The notes beneath the pieces were generated by a model that saw only the letters and a list, made by a program, of their open reading frames with translations, was not told the origin of the DNA and ran no database searches. A stretch of 64,000 bases of DNA from Chiloscyllium plagiosum (taxonomy: Eukaryota): positions 78,116,638 through 78,180,637 of the forward strand of contig NC_057718.1 of the NCBI RefSeq assembly GCF_004010195.1, read 5' to 3'. A program made the translations under genes and the position numbers. This document shows positions 12,493-24,079 of this stretch, piece after piece. The first letter of the stretch is position 1. Each line of letters starts with the position of its first letter.

Positions 12493-12857
12493 CTTTTCTC
12501 GACTACTGATGTAAGGTTTGCAGATCTATACTTGCCCATTTTCTCTCTCGCTCGCTCACTCACTCCTTAAAAGTGGGGTGACATTTGGTACCTTCTAATC
12601 CACAGGAATTATCCCAAAATCTAGAATTTTGAAAGGTAATCACCAATGCATCAAATTTCTATAGTCACTTGCTTCAAAACTGGGATGAAGACCATCAGGT
12701 TCTAGAGATTTATCAACTTGCAGCCCCAATAATTTCTCCAGTATAGTTGTCTTATGATTTCTTTCAATTCCTCATTCCCTCTAGCCACTTGGATCTCTCA
12801 TTCTGGGAAATTTCTCTTATCATTCTCACTGAAAACAGACAGTAATCATTTAGCTTA

Positions 12858-13035
12858 AAGGCAATATACTGCCAATGTTGGAATTCTGAATCAAACACAG
12901 CATGCTAGAGCAACTCAGCAGGTCTGGCAGCATCTGTAGGGCAAGAGACAATTAACATTTTGACTCATTTGATTTCTTTGTCCACAATGCTGTCAGACCT
13001 GCTAAGTTTTTCCAACATTGTGTTAGTTTTCATCT
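12858..13035. mobile_element. Penelope-like fold-back cassette, family C, degenerate
   Basis: Inverted arms CAGCAGGTCTGGCAGCAT / ATGCTGTCAGACCTGCT. Flanking repeat TTTAGCTTA at 12849-12857 and 13036-13044. Confidence 0.6.
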
Positions 13036-13097
13036 TTTAGCTTATCTGCTATTTCTTTCTTCCACATTATAAATTGTCTTGACTCTTCCTGTAATGG

Positions 13098-13455
13098 GTT
13101 AAAAAGTGTGGCACTGGAAAAAAACACAGCAGGTCAGGCAGCATCCGAGGAACGGGAGTGTCATACGGGCATAAGCCTTTCAACAGGAATGGAGCTGAGA
13201 GATAAATGGAGGGTTAGGGCTGGGGGAGAAAGTAGGTGGGAAGTGATTGTGATAGGTTGATGGGAGGGTAGAGTGGATAGGTGGGCAGGAAGGTGAACAG
13301 GTAGGTCGTGTCAAGAGAGTGGCGCTGAGTTGGCAGATTGAATCTAGGATGATGTGGGGATTGAGATCCCCGGTGACCTATCCTACCTGTCCATCTATCT
13401 TCCCATCTATCCATTCCACCCTTCCCATTGACTTATCACAATCATCTCCAGTCCT
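13098..13455 (-). mobile_element. Penelope-like 3' fragment (family A) with an internal inversion and 14-bp TSD
   Basis: Family-A terminus at 13100-13190, then a purine-rich segment whose inverse lies at about 13375-13447. TSD TCTTCCTGTAATGG at 13084-13097 and 13456-13469. Confidence 0.8.
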
Positions 13456-13639
13456 TCTTCCTGTAATGGATCTACATTCATTTTAGCCAAACATTCCCTT
13501 TCACTTACTTGGGTAAACTTTTGCAGTCCATTTTTATGTTTGCTAGTTTGTTCTGTTCTGTTCTCCCTCTCCTTATCAGTTTCTTGGTTCTTGTTTGTTA
13601 TGTTCTATAAATCTCCCAACCTCTAAATAGCATACCTCT

Positions 13640-14538
13640 GAGTCATAGAGCTGTACAACATGGAAACAGAACCTTTAGTCTAACTCGTGCATGTTGACCA
13701 GATATTCTCAATTAATTTATTTCCATTTGCCAGTATTTGGCCCATATCCCTGTAAATCCTTCCTATTCAAGTAGCCATCCAGATGCCTTTTAAATGTCGT
13801 AATTGGACCAGCCTCCAGCACTACCATCTGGCAGCTCATTCCATAGACGCACCACACTCTGTGTGAGAACATTGCCCCTTAGAACCCTTTTAAATCTTTC
13901 CTCTCCCACTTTAAGCCTATGCCTTCTAGTTCTGGACTCCCCTACCCCAGGCAAAAGTTCATATCTATTTACCCTATCGATGCCCCTCATGATTGTATAA
14001 ACCTCCTATGAGGTCACCAGTTCTCAAGGGAAGATAGCCCTAGTCCATTCAGCCTCTCCCCACAGCTCAATCCCTCCAACCCTGGCAACATCCTTGTAAA
14101 TCTTTTTTGCACCCTCTCAAGTTTCACAGCATCCTCCCTATAGCAGGGACACCATAAGTGAATACTGTATTCCAAAGTGGCCTAATTAATATACTGTACA
14201 ACCGCAACATGACCTCTCAACTTCTATACTCAATGCATTGTATTTGGTATGCTTTCTTTTATTGGACATTCTTCACTATCCCGTCTGCTTCCAAGGAACA
14301 ATGAACCTGTACTCCAAGGTCTCATTGTTCAGCAACACTTCTCCAGAACTTTACCATTAAGTGTGTAAGACTTGCCCTGATTTGCCTTTCCAGAATGCAG
14401 CACCTCACATTTATCTAAATTAAACTCCATCTGCCATTCATTGGCCCATCTGATCAAAATCTTATTGTACTTTTGAGTAGCCACCTTCACTGTCCACTAC
14501 ACTTCCAATTTTGGTGTAATCTGCAAAATTCCTAACCA
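13640..14538 (-). mobile_element. CR1 (HER1-like) LINE 3' portion; continues at 15409-15550
   Basis: Peptide RGIDRVNRYELLPGVGESRTRRHRLKV..VVRLWNELP. CR1 3' tail at 13640. Confidence 0.9.
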
Positions 14539-15408
14539 ATTGGTGGTGTAGTGCAGAGCGAAGAGGGTTATCTCTGATTACAACAGGATCTTGACCAGAT
14601 GAACCAATGGGCTGAGAAGTGGCAGATGGAGTTTAATTCAGGTAAATGCGAGGTGCTGCATTTTGGGAAAGCAAATCTTAGCAGGACTTATACACTTAAT
14701 GGTAAGTTCCTAGGGAGTGTTGCTGAACAAAGAGACCTTGGAGTGCAGCTTCATAGCTCCTTGAAAGTAGAGTCGCAGGTTGTTAGGATAGTGAAGAAGG
14801 CGTTTGGTATGCTTTCCTTTATTGGTCACAGTATTGAGTAGAGGAGTTGGGAGGTCATGTTGCGGCTATACAGGACATTGGTTAGGCCACTGTTGGAATA
14901 TTGCATGCAATTCTGGTCGTCTTCCTATCGGAAAGATGTTGTGAAACTTGAAAGTGTTCAGAAAAGATTTACAAGGATGTTGCCAGGGATGGAGGATTTG
15001 AGCTATAGGGAGAGACTGAACAGACTGGGGCTGTTTTCCCTGGAACGTTGGAGGCTGAGGGGTGACCTTAGAGGCTTACAAAATTGAGGGGCATGGATAG
15101 GATAAATTGGCAAAAGTCTTTTCCCTGGGGTCAGGGAGTCCAGAACGAGACAGCATAGGTTTAGGGTGAGAGGGGAAAGATATAAAAGAGACCTAAGGGG
15201 CAACTTTTTCACGCAGAGGGTGGTACATGTATGGAATGAGCTTCCAGAGGAATTGGTGGAGGCTGGTAAAATTGCAACATTTAAGAGGCATTTGGATGGG
15301 TATATGAATAGGAAGGGTTTGGATGGATATGGACCGGGTGTTGGCAAATGGGGCTAGATTGGGTTGGACCAAAGAGTCTGTTTCCATGCTGTACATCTCT
15401 ATGATTCT
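14539..15408 (+). mobile_element. CR1 (HER1-like) LINE 3' end inserted into the preceding copy
   Basis: Peptides WAEKWQMEFNSGKCEVLHFG, LYRTLVRPLLEYCMQFWS and GNFFTQRVVHVWNELP. Tail CTCTATGATTCTAT. Confidence 0.92.
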
Positions 15409-17455
15409 ATACCTGTTGTGTTCACATCTAGATCACGTACATAAATGATAAAAAGCAGTGGACCCAGCACTGATCCTTGTGGCACACTGCTAGTCATAGT
15501 TTGAAAAGCAATCCTCCACCACCATCCTCTGTCTTCTACCTTAGAGCCATTTCTTTTAATCACATACAAATCTGAACTTACTTTGTCAACTGCAGTTGAC
15601 TGAGTTTTCTGAAGGAATATATCATTCTTGTAAGTCATGTAGTAGTTCCTTACACTGAATTGCTGATGTATAGGCATGAAGTTCAATGGATTGTTTGAGT
15701 TAACCTCAACCAGCTTGTGTCTCATGCCTTCATAATTTCCTTTATTCAAATTAAACATCCTTGCTTCCTAACTACCTCACTCTTATAATTTTAAATTCTA
15801 TCACATTGTTATCTTTCATCCTGAAAGATATTTTTTACAACAAGGTTGTGAATTAGCCTTTTTTCATTTCATCATTCTAGATCTAAAATAGCATGTCCTT
15901 TAGTTGGCTCTTCAACATACTGCTCTGGGATACCATCCCTAACACACTCCAGAAACTCATCCTCCACAGGTTTAGTGCTTTATTCGATTCCCTGTCAATA
16001 TGCACATTGAAGTTACCCTTGAATACTGTCTTCCCCATGATACATATTTCTCTCATCTCTTGATTTATACCATTCCCAACACTGCCACTGCTATTTGATG
16101 GTGGTCTATAAATAACTTAAACTAATGTCTGCCACCCCTTGCTGTTTTTGGTTCCAACCAGACAGATTCAACACATCATTCTTCTGATCTGGGATTATCT
16201 TACTAATGTACTAAACCCATTTCTTAGTATCAGTGCAGCTCCCCCTCCTTTCCTTCAATGTTGTCAAATCATGAAAAAAAAATGGAATATCCATCTCAAT
16301 GGATAGAGTAGATAATTTGACAGAAGAATAATTCTGAAAATGAATATACCACATCAGATCCACAATAGGATCCTTATGATACCAAAGCCAAATGAAATCT
16401 TTGCACTGGATCTTGAAATACAGCATCTAATGCGGTTTTTAAAACATTGTAGTTCAAATTTTCCAATTGAATAAAACACAACAAATCAACTTGAATTACT
16501 ATTTTTTCACATTTCAGAATGGTAGTCAGCTACATAAACATTGGCCTTTTACAACTTCGATTAGGGGTGCTAATACATTTTTTGGAATAATTTTCTGGTG
16601 AGGTTTTTTTTTGACTAAGCAACATAATTAATTTGGAATAATTGTCAAACTGAGAAACAGTACATTGCATTGATTCTGAAAATGCAATTGTTCTTTCTGT
16701 AAAGTTGATTTTGTAGCATGAAACTGGAGTTATTCCCAACAATTATAATGACCAGCAAATGTAGACTTCCAGACGATAGAAATAGAAGAACCCATTAGCA
16801 CATTTCTCAACTAATACATAAAGGAAAGGGAACTTGTTTGCTCTCACCTTATTTATATCAGTTGCAACAGTGAAATTATACATTTTAGGATTAGTGAACT
16901 ATGTGCAGGCATTTTAACTGTTTCAGTAGTCCACACAGAGGAAAAGAAAAAATATTGGAGGTCTGAAATTTTTTGTGTATTGAGGAGATTGCGGTGTGTT
17001 CCTTTCCAAGAGATTATCCCAAAGTATATTTACGTATTTATCTTGAAGCTTTGCAGTTTCATGTAGTTACTGTCAGTTAGAATTGTCCAATTCATTTGAG
17101 ACACATTTTGCAATTATGATAGTAGTGCAGTGAAAGTGACTGTCTCCAATATCTTACATCCATTATTTCCAGTGTAGGTTTATTAGGTTGCTGACAATGC
17201 GCAAACTTCAGACAGGGGTTTGCAGGCAGAGGAGGTTTGTCATTATATTTTCATGAATTCTGCACTTGTTTGCAGTTTAATACCTTGAAGCAGAAAGATA
17301 CTGATGCATTGGAACTTTTTTAAAAAAGAAACTAACTTTAAATAAATATTTTTAAATTGGTGCTACATTGCAACTAGTAATTGTGAAAAGAATGAATCTG
17401 GACTATAATTATATATATTCCAGCATATTAACGGTTTTTTTTAAATTTAAAAAAG

Positions 17456-17615
17456 GAACGGCCAAGAGCCAGAAGCACCGGCTGTGAAAGGATCCCCAGA
17501 AAATCTAACATTTAAAGAACGTCAGCGTCTTTTCTCACATGGACAGGACATTTCTAACAAAGTGAAGGCATCACGAAAACTGATGGAACTAGAAAATGAG
17601 CTGAACACAAAATAA
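17456..17615 (+). CDS. AFDN: Afadin terminal coding exon: (G)NGQEPEAPAVKGSPENLTFKERQRLFSHGQDISNKVKASRKLMELENELNTK*
   Basis: Near-identical to the l-afadin C-terminus ENLTFKERQRLFSQGQDVSNKVKASRKLTELENELNTK. Phase-2 acceptor aaaag|G; TAA at 17613-17615. Confidence 0.96.
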
Positions 17616-18750
17616 AGTTGGCGTCTTATGAATGTGTTAATGAAACACTCAGTATATAATCTATGCTAGGTTGTACAGGCTAAATCTTTGACTCCTGCAA
17701 CTCTAAAGTAGGATGCAGGAAATCTTTCACTATGGCAAGTTGCATACCAAGCATATTATAAGTTAGCTATACAAATTGAGCACTGTTAAATGTTTTAATA
17801 AAGTTAAATGAAGGTAATGGTCACTTTTACAAAGTTTTGGGGTTCTGATTTTCTGAGAGTGCACTACACCTGGAAATGGCATATGGTGAAGCAAAATGGT
17901 ATAATACAGAACTGTAAACATTGTAATGTAGAAGCTTTTAAATGTATTGGAAGAAACCTTGCCCAGCAGCTGGTGCCTCAATCGTTTCAGCTATGCAGTA
18001 GGTGGCTAATAAATGGGAAGTGTGGACCTCATTCTACTTACAAGAAAGAAAAGCTTTCTTCTATGTGCATTTTAATAAAACTTGTTATGATTCCAACCAA
18101 AATTTCCTCTTAGCTAGATGTTCTGATTTGGATTTTAAAGTTGTTGAACAATTTTCTGTATGATATTGTGGTCTATAATTGTAATTAGGGATAAATGCAC
18201 ACTTCTAAGCATAGAGTAGACTTCCACTGCCTTAGGAAAGGAATCACTTTATATTAAATGTACAATAATTAAAATGTCTAATGAAGATTGGAGTGTAAAT
18301 ATTTTTTTTACTTATGAAGCTGTTTCACGTGGTACAGAAGAGTGCTGTACCATTTCAGCTGTGTAGCAAGAACCAGTAGAGAAGAGAATGAGAATAAACC
18401 CCCTCATGAAGGACATGTTTGAAGCTTGCTGTATTTAAAGTTGAACAGGTGATTTGGTGATTGCCAGAGTCCTGAATACCAACAGCATGATACAAACAAC
18501 TGGAACAAATTAGTGTAATTTTATAAATGAAAAATAAATTGCTATTGTTTCTGTGCTGCTGGCATTCAGAGCTCTTAGAGGAAAACTTATATTTCATGGA
18601 TTCTGTTGGGTTTACAGAGTTCTTTTGTGTGATCACCACTAGCGTGCTGTTATTAAACTGTTTACTGATCTCCAGAACTGCTGTAGTATCTTATTTCTAC
18701 TGTATTTCACTTGCAACCTATTTTTAATAAATTACTTTGTATGTATTCAG
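17616..18750 (+). other. AFDN: AFDN 3' UTR, with probable polyadenylation signal AATAAA at 18726-18731
   Basis: Repeat-free AT-rich 1.1 kb after the stop. The AATAAA is followed by a GT/T-rich tract. Earlier AATAAA hexamers also exist. Confidence 0.6.
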
Positions 18751-19677
18751 AAGTTGTCTTGGCTTGCTTTTGCCTGTAAAGCTTTAAGTGTGCATTTGAT
18801 TCAAGACATATCGACTAACTGGATATATGGTATACAGTTTAATGTATTAGAATGCCATACTTCTCATGAAATCTAGACTTAGAAATTGTTTCAGATATTT
18901 TGTGATACAATGAACAAGTTATCATTCTTGATTAAAGAACTTTGATTTTGGTATCAAGAAATTTGTATTTGAAAAATCATTCTCTTCCTACTAAATTAAA
19001 ATTAGCAACCATTCAAAAAGGTACTGCTTCATAGAGTAATACAGCACGAAACCAGACCTTACGGTCCAACTCATCCATGTCAATCAGATATCATAAACCA
19101 ATCTAGTCCCATTTGCCAGTATTTGGCCCATATCCCTCTAAACCCATCCTATTCATGGACCCATTCAGATGCCTTTTAAACGTTGTAATTGTATCTGCTT
19201 CCTCTGGCAGCTCATTCTATACACACACCACCCTCTGCATAAAAAAGTTCCCCCTCTGCTCTGTTTTAAATCTTTTCCCTCTCTCCTTAAACCTATGCCC
19301 TCTAATTTTGGACTCCCCTACCCTGTGAAAAAGACTTTGGCTATGCACCCTATCCATGCTCCTCATGATTTTATGAACCGCTATAAGGTTACCCTTCAGC
19401 TTCCAAAACTCTACGGCAAAAACAAAAGCCCCAGCCCATCCAGTCACTCCCCATAGCTCAAACCTGCCAATCTTGGAAACTTCTTTTTCTGCACTCATTC
19501 AAGTTTCACAACATCTTTCCTGTAGCAGGAAGACCAGGATTGCATGCAGTCTACCAAAGGTGGTCTAATCAACTTCCTGTACAGCTGCAACATGACATTT
19601 CAACACTCCTATTCAATACACTGACCAGTGAAGGCAAGCAGACAAGATGCCTCCTTCACCATCCTGCCTACTTGTGA

Positions 19678-19888
19678 GGAGAAAGTGAGGTCTGCAGATG
19701 CTGGAGATCAGAGATGGAAATGTGTTGCTGGAAAAGCGCAGCAGGTCAGGCAGCATCTAGGGAACAGGAGAATCGACGTTTCGGGCATTAGCCCTTCTTC
19801 AGGAAGAAGGGCTAATGCCCGAAACGTCGATTCTCCTGTTCCCTAGATGCTGCCTGACCTGCGCTTTTCCAGCAACACATTTCCATCT
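19678..19888. mobile_element. Penelope-like fold-back cassette, family A, intact hammerhead core on the minus strand
   Basis: Inverted arms of about 90 bp centred near 19801. TSD CTGCCTAC(T/G)TGTGA at 19664-19677 and 19889-19902. Confidence 0.88.
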
Positions 19889-20929
19889 CTGCCTACGTGT
19901 GACTCCAGTTTCAAGGAATTATGAACCTGCACTCCAAGGTCTCTTTGGCACCCAGGGCCCCACCATTAACTATATAAGTCCTGCCCTGATTTGCCTTGCC
20001 AAAATGCAACACCTAATTTCACGAAATTAAACTCCATCTGTCATCCCTCCACCCATTGACCCATCTGTTCAAAGTCTTGTACTCTGAGATAACTACATTC
20101 ACTGTCCATTACACACTTATTTTGGTGTCATCTGATATTCACATCCAAATCATTTATATAAATGATGAAAAGCAGTGGACCCAGTACCGACCCTTGCAGT
20201 GCACCACTAATCATAGGCCTTCAGTTTGAAAATAGACCCTCTACCACCAGCCTCCATCTCCTATCTTCAAGCTAATTTTGTATCCAATTGACTAGCTCCA
20301 CCTGGATTGCATGTAATCTAATCTTGCTAAGCAATCTACCATATGGAACTTTGTTGAATGCCTTGCTGTAGTCAATACAGATGACATCTGCTGTTCTGCC
20401 TACAATCATCTTTGTCATTTCAAAAAATCTCAATCAAGCTAGTGAGACCCTATTACCTATGCCATGTTGACTCTTCATCAATCTTGGCCTTTCTAAACAT
20501 GTGCAAATACTATCCCTCAGAAGCTCCTCCAACTACTTACCATCACTGAAGTCAGGCTCACTGGTCTATAGTTCCTGGATTTTCCTTACCATCTTTCTTA
20601 AGTAGTGGCACCACATTAGCCATCCCCTAGTCTTCTAGCACCTCATCTGTGACTATCAATGGTACAAATATCTCAGCAAGGGGCCCAGCAATCTCTTTTC
20701 AGATTCCCTCAAAGCTCTGGGATACATTTGATCAGGTCCTGGGGATTTATCCACCTTCATGCATTTTAAGACGTCAAATACCACCTCTTCTGTAATACAC
20801 ACAATTTTCAATATATCACTGTTATTTCCCCAAGTTCTCTAGCTTCCATATCTTTTCCCACAGTAAATATTGACACTTGTAAAATGGTTGTTTAGTATCT
20901 CACCCATCTCCTGTGGTTCCACACATAAA

Positions 20930-21466
20930 TAGAACATAGAAAAATACAGCGCAGTACAGGCCCTTTGGCCCTCGATGTTGCGCCGATCCAAGCCCACCTA
21001 ACCTACACTAGCCCACTATCATCCATATGCCTATCCAATGCCTGTTTAAATGCCCATAAAGAGGGAGAGTCCACCACTGCTACTGGCAGGGCATTCCATG
21101 AACTCACGACTCGCTGAGTAAAGAATCTACCCCTAACATCTGTCCTATACCTACCACCCCTTAACTTAAAGCTATGCCCCCTTGTAATAGCTGACTCCAT
21201 ACGTGGAAAAAGGTTCTCATGGTCAACCCTATCTAGACCCCTAATCATCTTGTACACTTCTATCAAGTCACCCCTAAACCTTCTTTTCTCCAATGAAAAC
21301 AGCCCCAAGTGCTCAGCCTTTCCTCATACGATCTTCCTACCATACCAGGCAACATCCTGGTAAACCTCCTCTGCACCCGTTCCAGTGCCTCCACATCCTT
21401 CCTATAGTATGGCGACCAAAACTGCACACAATACTCCAGATGCGGCCGCACCAGAGTCTTATACAA
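20930..21466 (-). mobile_element. Younger CR1 subfamily 3' end nested in the older CR1
   Basis: Peptide [67 protein letters not shown]. CpGs retained; tail TTCTATGTTCTAT. Confidence 0.9.
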
Positions 21467-23593
21467 ATGGTTCTGTTGATCTTTAAGGGGTCCTATTCTC
21501 TCCCTAGTTACTCTTTTTCTCAAGATATTTGTAGAATCTCTGAATTATCTTTAACCCTATTTGCCAAAGCTATACCATGTCTCATTTTTGCCTTTCTGAT
21601 TTCCCTCAAGTGTATTTCTACTGCCTTTATTCCTCTGGGATTCACTCAAGCCCAGCTGTCTATACCTGACACGTTCCTCCTTTTTCCTGACCAGAGTCTC
21701 AATTTCTCCAGTCATCCAGCATTCCCTACATCTACCAACCTTGCCTTTCGCAGTGACAGGATAATGTTGTATCCGAACTCTTATCTCATTTTTAAAGGCC
21801 TCCCACTTTCCATCTGTCCCTTTACCTGTGAATAATCTCTCCCAATCAACTTTTGAAAGTTCTTGCCTAACACTGTCAAAATTGGCCTTACTCCAATTTA
21901 GAACTTTAACTTTTACATCAAGTCTATCCTTTTCCATAATTATTTTAAGACCAATAGAATTATGATCACTAGCCTCAAAGTGCTTCCCCCACTGCCACCT
22001 CAGTCACTCGCTTGCCTTCTTTCTCCAAAGAAGGTTAAGTTTTGTTCTTTCTCTAATGGCTGCATTCACATTCTAAATAACAAAATTTTCTTATACACAC
22101 TTAAAGTCATCTCCATTCAAGCCGTTAACACCAAGGCAGGTCTGATGTATGTTTGGAAGGATAAAATCCCTTAACGTTACAAGGCTACTATTCTTAACAG
22201 GTATCTGAGATTGCTTTACATGTTTGCTGCTTAATTTCCTGCTGACCAATAAAGTGATCATCCTTTCCTATTTCTCAGTTCCACCCATAGAACTTAACGA
22301 CTTTCTCCCAGGAATATCCTCCCTAACTACAGCTATAATGTTATCCTTAACCAAAAACGCCCCCTTCCCTCCTTTTCTATCCTTTCTATAGCACCTGCAA
22401 CATCTGCCACTCCTGCCTTTCAATGAGCCATGTTTCTGTAGTAGCTATGATATCCCAGTCCCATGTTTCCAACCATATCCTAAGCTCATCTGCCTTACCT
22501 GTCAGGCCTCTTGCATTGTAATAAATGCAGTTTAATTAATCAGTCTCTGACTTGATCTTCTCTGACTTGATCTTCCCTGCCTTGGTGTGCTCCTCTTTAC
22601 TGCACCAGCCTCAGACTTATCTCCTTTCTTGCAATCTATTTGGGTCCTACTCACCCCCACTAGATTAAAGTAACACTAGCAAGTCTCCTTGCCAGGATAT
22701 TGATTTCCCCTCCAATTCTGTTGCAGCCTGTCCTCTCTCAGGAGTTTTCAATGATCCAAAAAATGTGAAACCCTGCCCTTTGCACCAGGGTCCCAGCCAT
22801 GCATTTGTCTGCCCTATCCTCCTATTTCTACTCTCTCTAGCACATAACACCGGGACTAATGCAGATATTACTAGCCTTGAGGACCTAGTTTTTAACCTGC
22901 CTAATTTCCTATATTCTCTTTGCAGAACTTCATCCCTTTCTCTTCCTATTTTGTTGGTATTAACGTGTACAACGACCTGCTTTTCACTCATCCCTTTGAG
23001 AATATTTTGCATCCTCTCCAAGACATCAGGGATGCAATAAATCATGCTGATGACTCACTGTCAGCCGCAGAAATGTCTATTTGTGACCCTGACTGAAGAC
23101 TCCCCTATCGCAATTGATTACTTGGAATCTGGCATGCCCCTCATTACAGTAGAGCCAGTCTCAGTACCAAAAACCTGGTTGTCAATGCTATATTCCCCAA
23201 GAGGCCATCATTCAAAACAGCATACTTGTTTGAGAAAGGGTTAGCCAAAAGAAACTCCTGCACTACCTACCAACCTCTCCTGCCTTTCCTGGTGCTAACC
23301 CATCTACCTGACTGTATCTATGGGTTTTACTACCTTCCTGAAACTGCCATGCAGCAAACTCCCGGTCCAATCAATTATTCATTGCAATTGGTTGGAGCAG
23401 CAGTTGGAGGCACGCAGTCACACTTTCTACAGACCTCAATCTTCAGGAACATTGAAGTTCTCCCAAATCCATCAGGAAGCACACATCACTCTACTAAAGC
23501 TATTCAGTACCTTAAACAATCTCCAGACCCAGAATATACCCCCAGAAGATCAGCTCTAGCTGAGTCTTACTGCTCAAAAATCCTGCTCTAGTA

Positions 23594-23804
23594 CAGGTGT
23601 TTCTGCTATAACGTGTTTTCTTAACATGAATTTGCTGCAATGCAATTGACAAATTGAGGGCATTGTTTTAAAAGTTTGCACTTTACAAACATGTTGGCTG
23701 TAACACGCTTACATCGCTAACACTTTGTGCTGTTTCCAAAGCACGATTTTTCTAAACACGGGTTTCACAGGAATGCAACCATCACATTATAGAAGAACTA
23801 CCTG
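23594..23804. mobile_element. Tc1/mariner (pogo/Tigger-type) MITE
   Basis: TIRs CAGGTGTTTCTGCTATAACGTG and (reverse complement) CAGGTAGTTCTTCTATAATGTG, both flanked by TA; 211 bp, non-coding. Confidence 0.8.
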
Positions 23805-24079
23805 TATAACTTAATAACTATTTTTCTATAAAAAATGTAATCAAGACACAGAGCTCAGTAAATCATTTTTAAAAATGCCCACCTACTCACTGTTACAGAT
23901 TTACAAAAAGAAACTAAGATTTAAAAGATGTGTCTTAAAATCAAACACTTAGCTGATGATGCTGTGCTGTATGTACTTCCAATAATGAGGTATCTCAAGG
24001 TTAGCTGTCAACTGTACAGCACTGTTTCTTTTTCTTTGACCTGCCTGCAGGGATGTTTCTAATTTCAGAGTTAGTGGCA

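Larger units (their letters stand above)
10167..16270 (-). mobile_element. Old CR1-type LINE scaffold, fragmented by many nested insertions
   Basis: Collinear minus-strand pieces at about 10167-10860 (FITKEFEYRRSEVLLHLYRSL), 12500-12850, 13040-13095, 13470-13620 and 15550-16270 (FNLNKGNYEGMRHKL). Boundaries approximate. Confidence 0.6.
19030..23500 (-). mobile_element. Near full-length degenerate CR1 LINE, including an ORF1 SGNH-esterase remnant, with nested insertions
   Basis: 3' tail at 19030. RT and endonuclease pieces (LNWSKANFDSVRQEL). ORF1 piece VVVHVNTNKIGRERDEVLQREYRKLG at 22665-23045. Confidence 0.85.
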
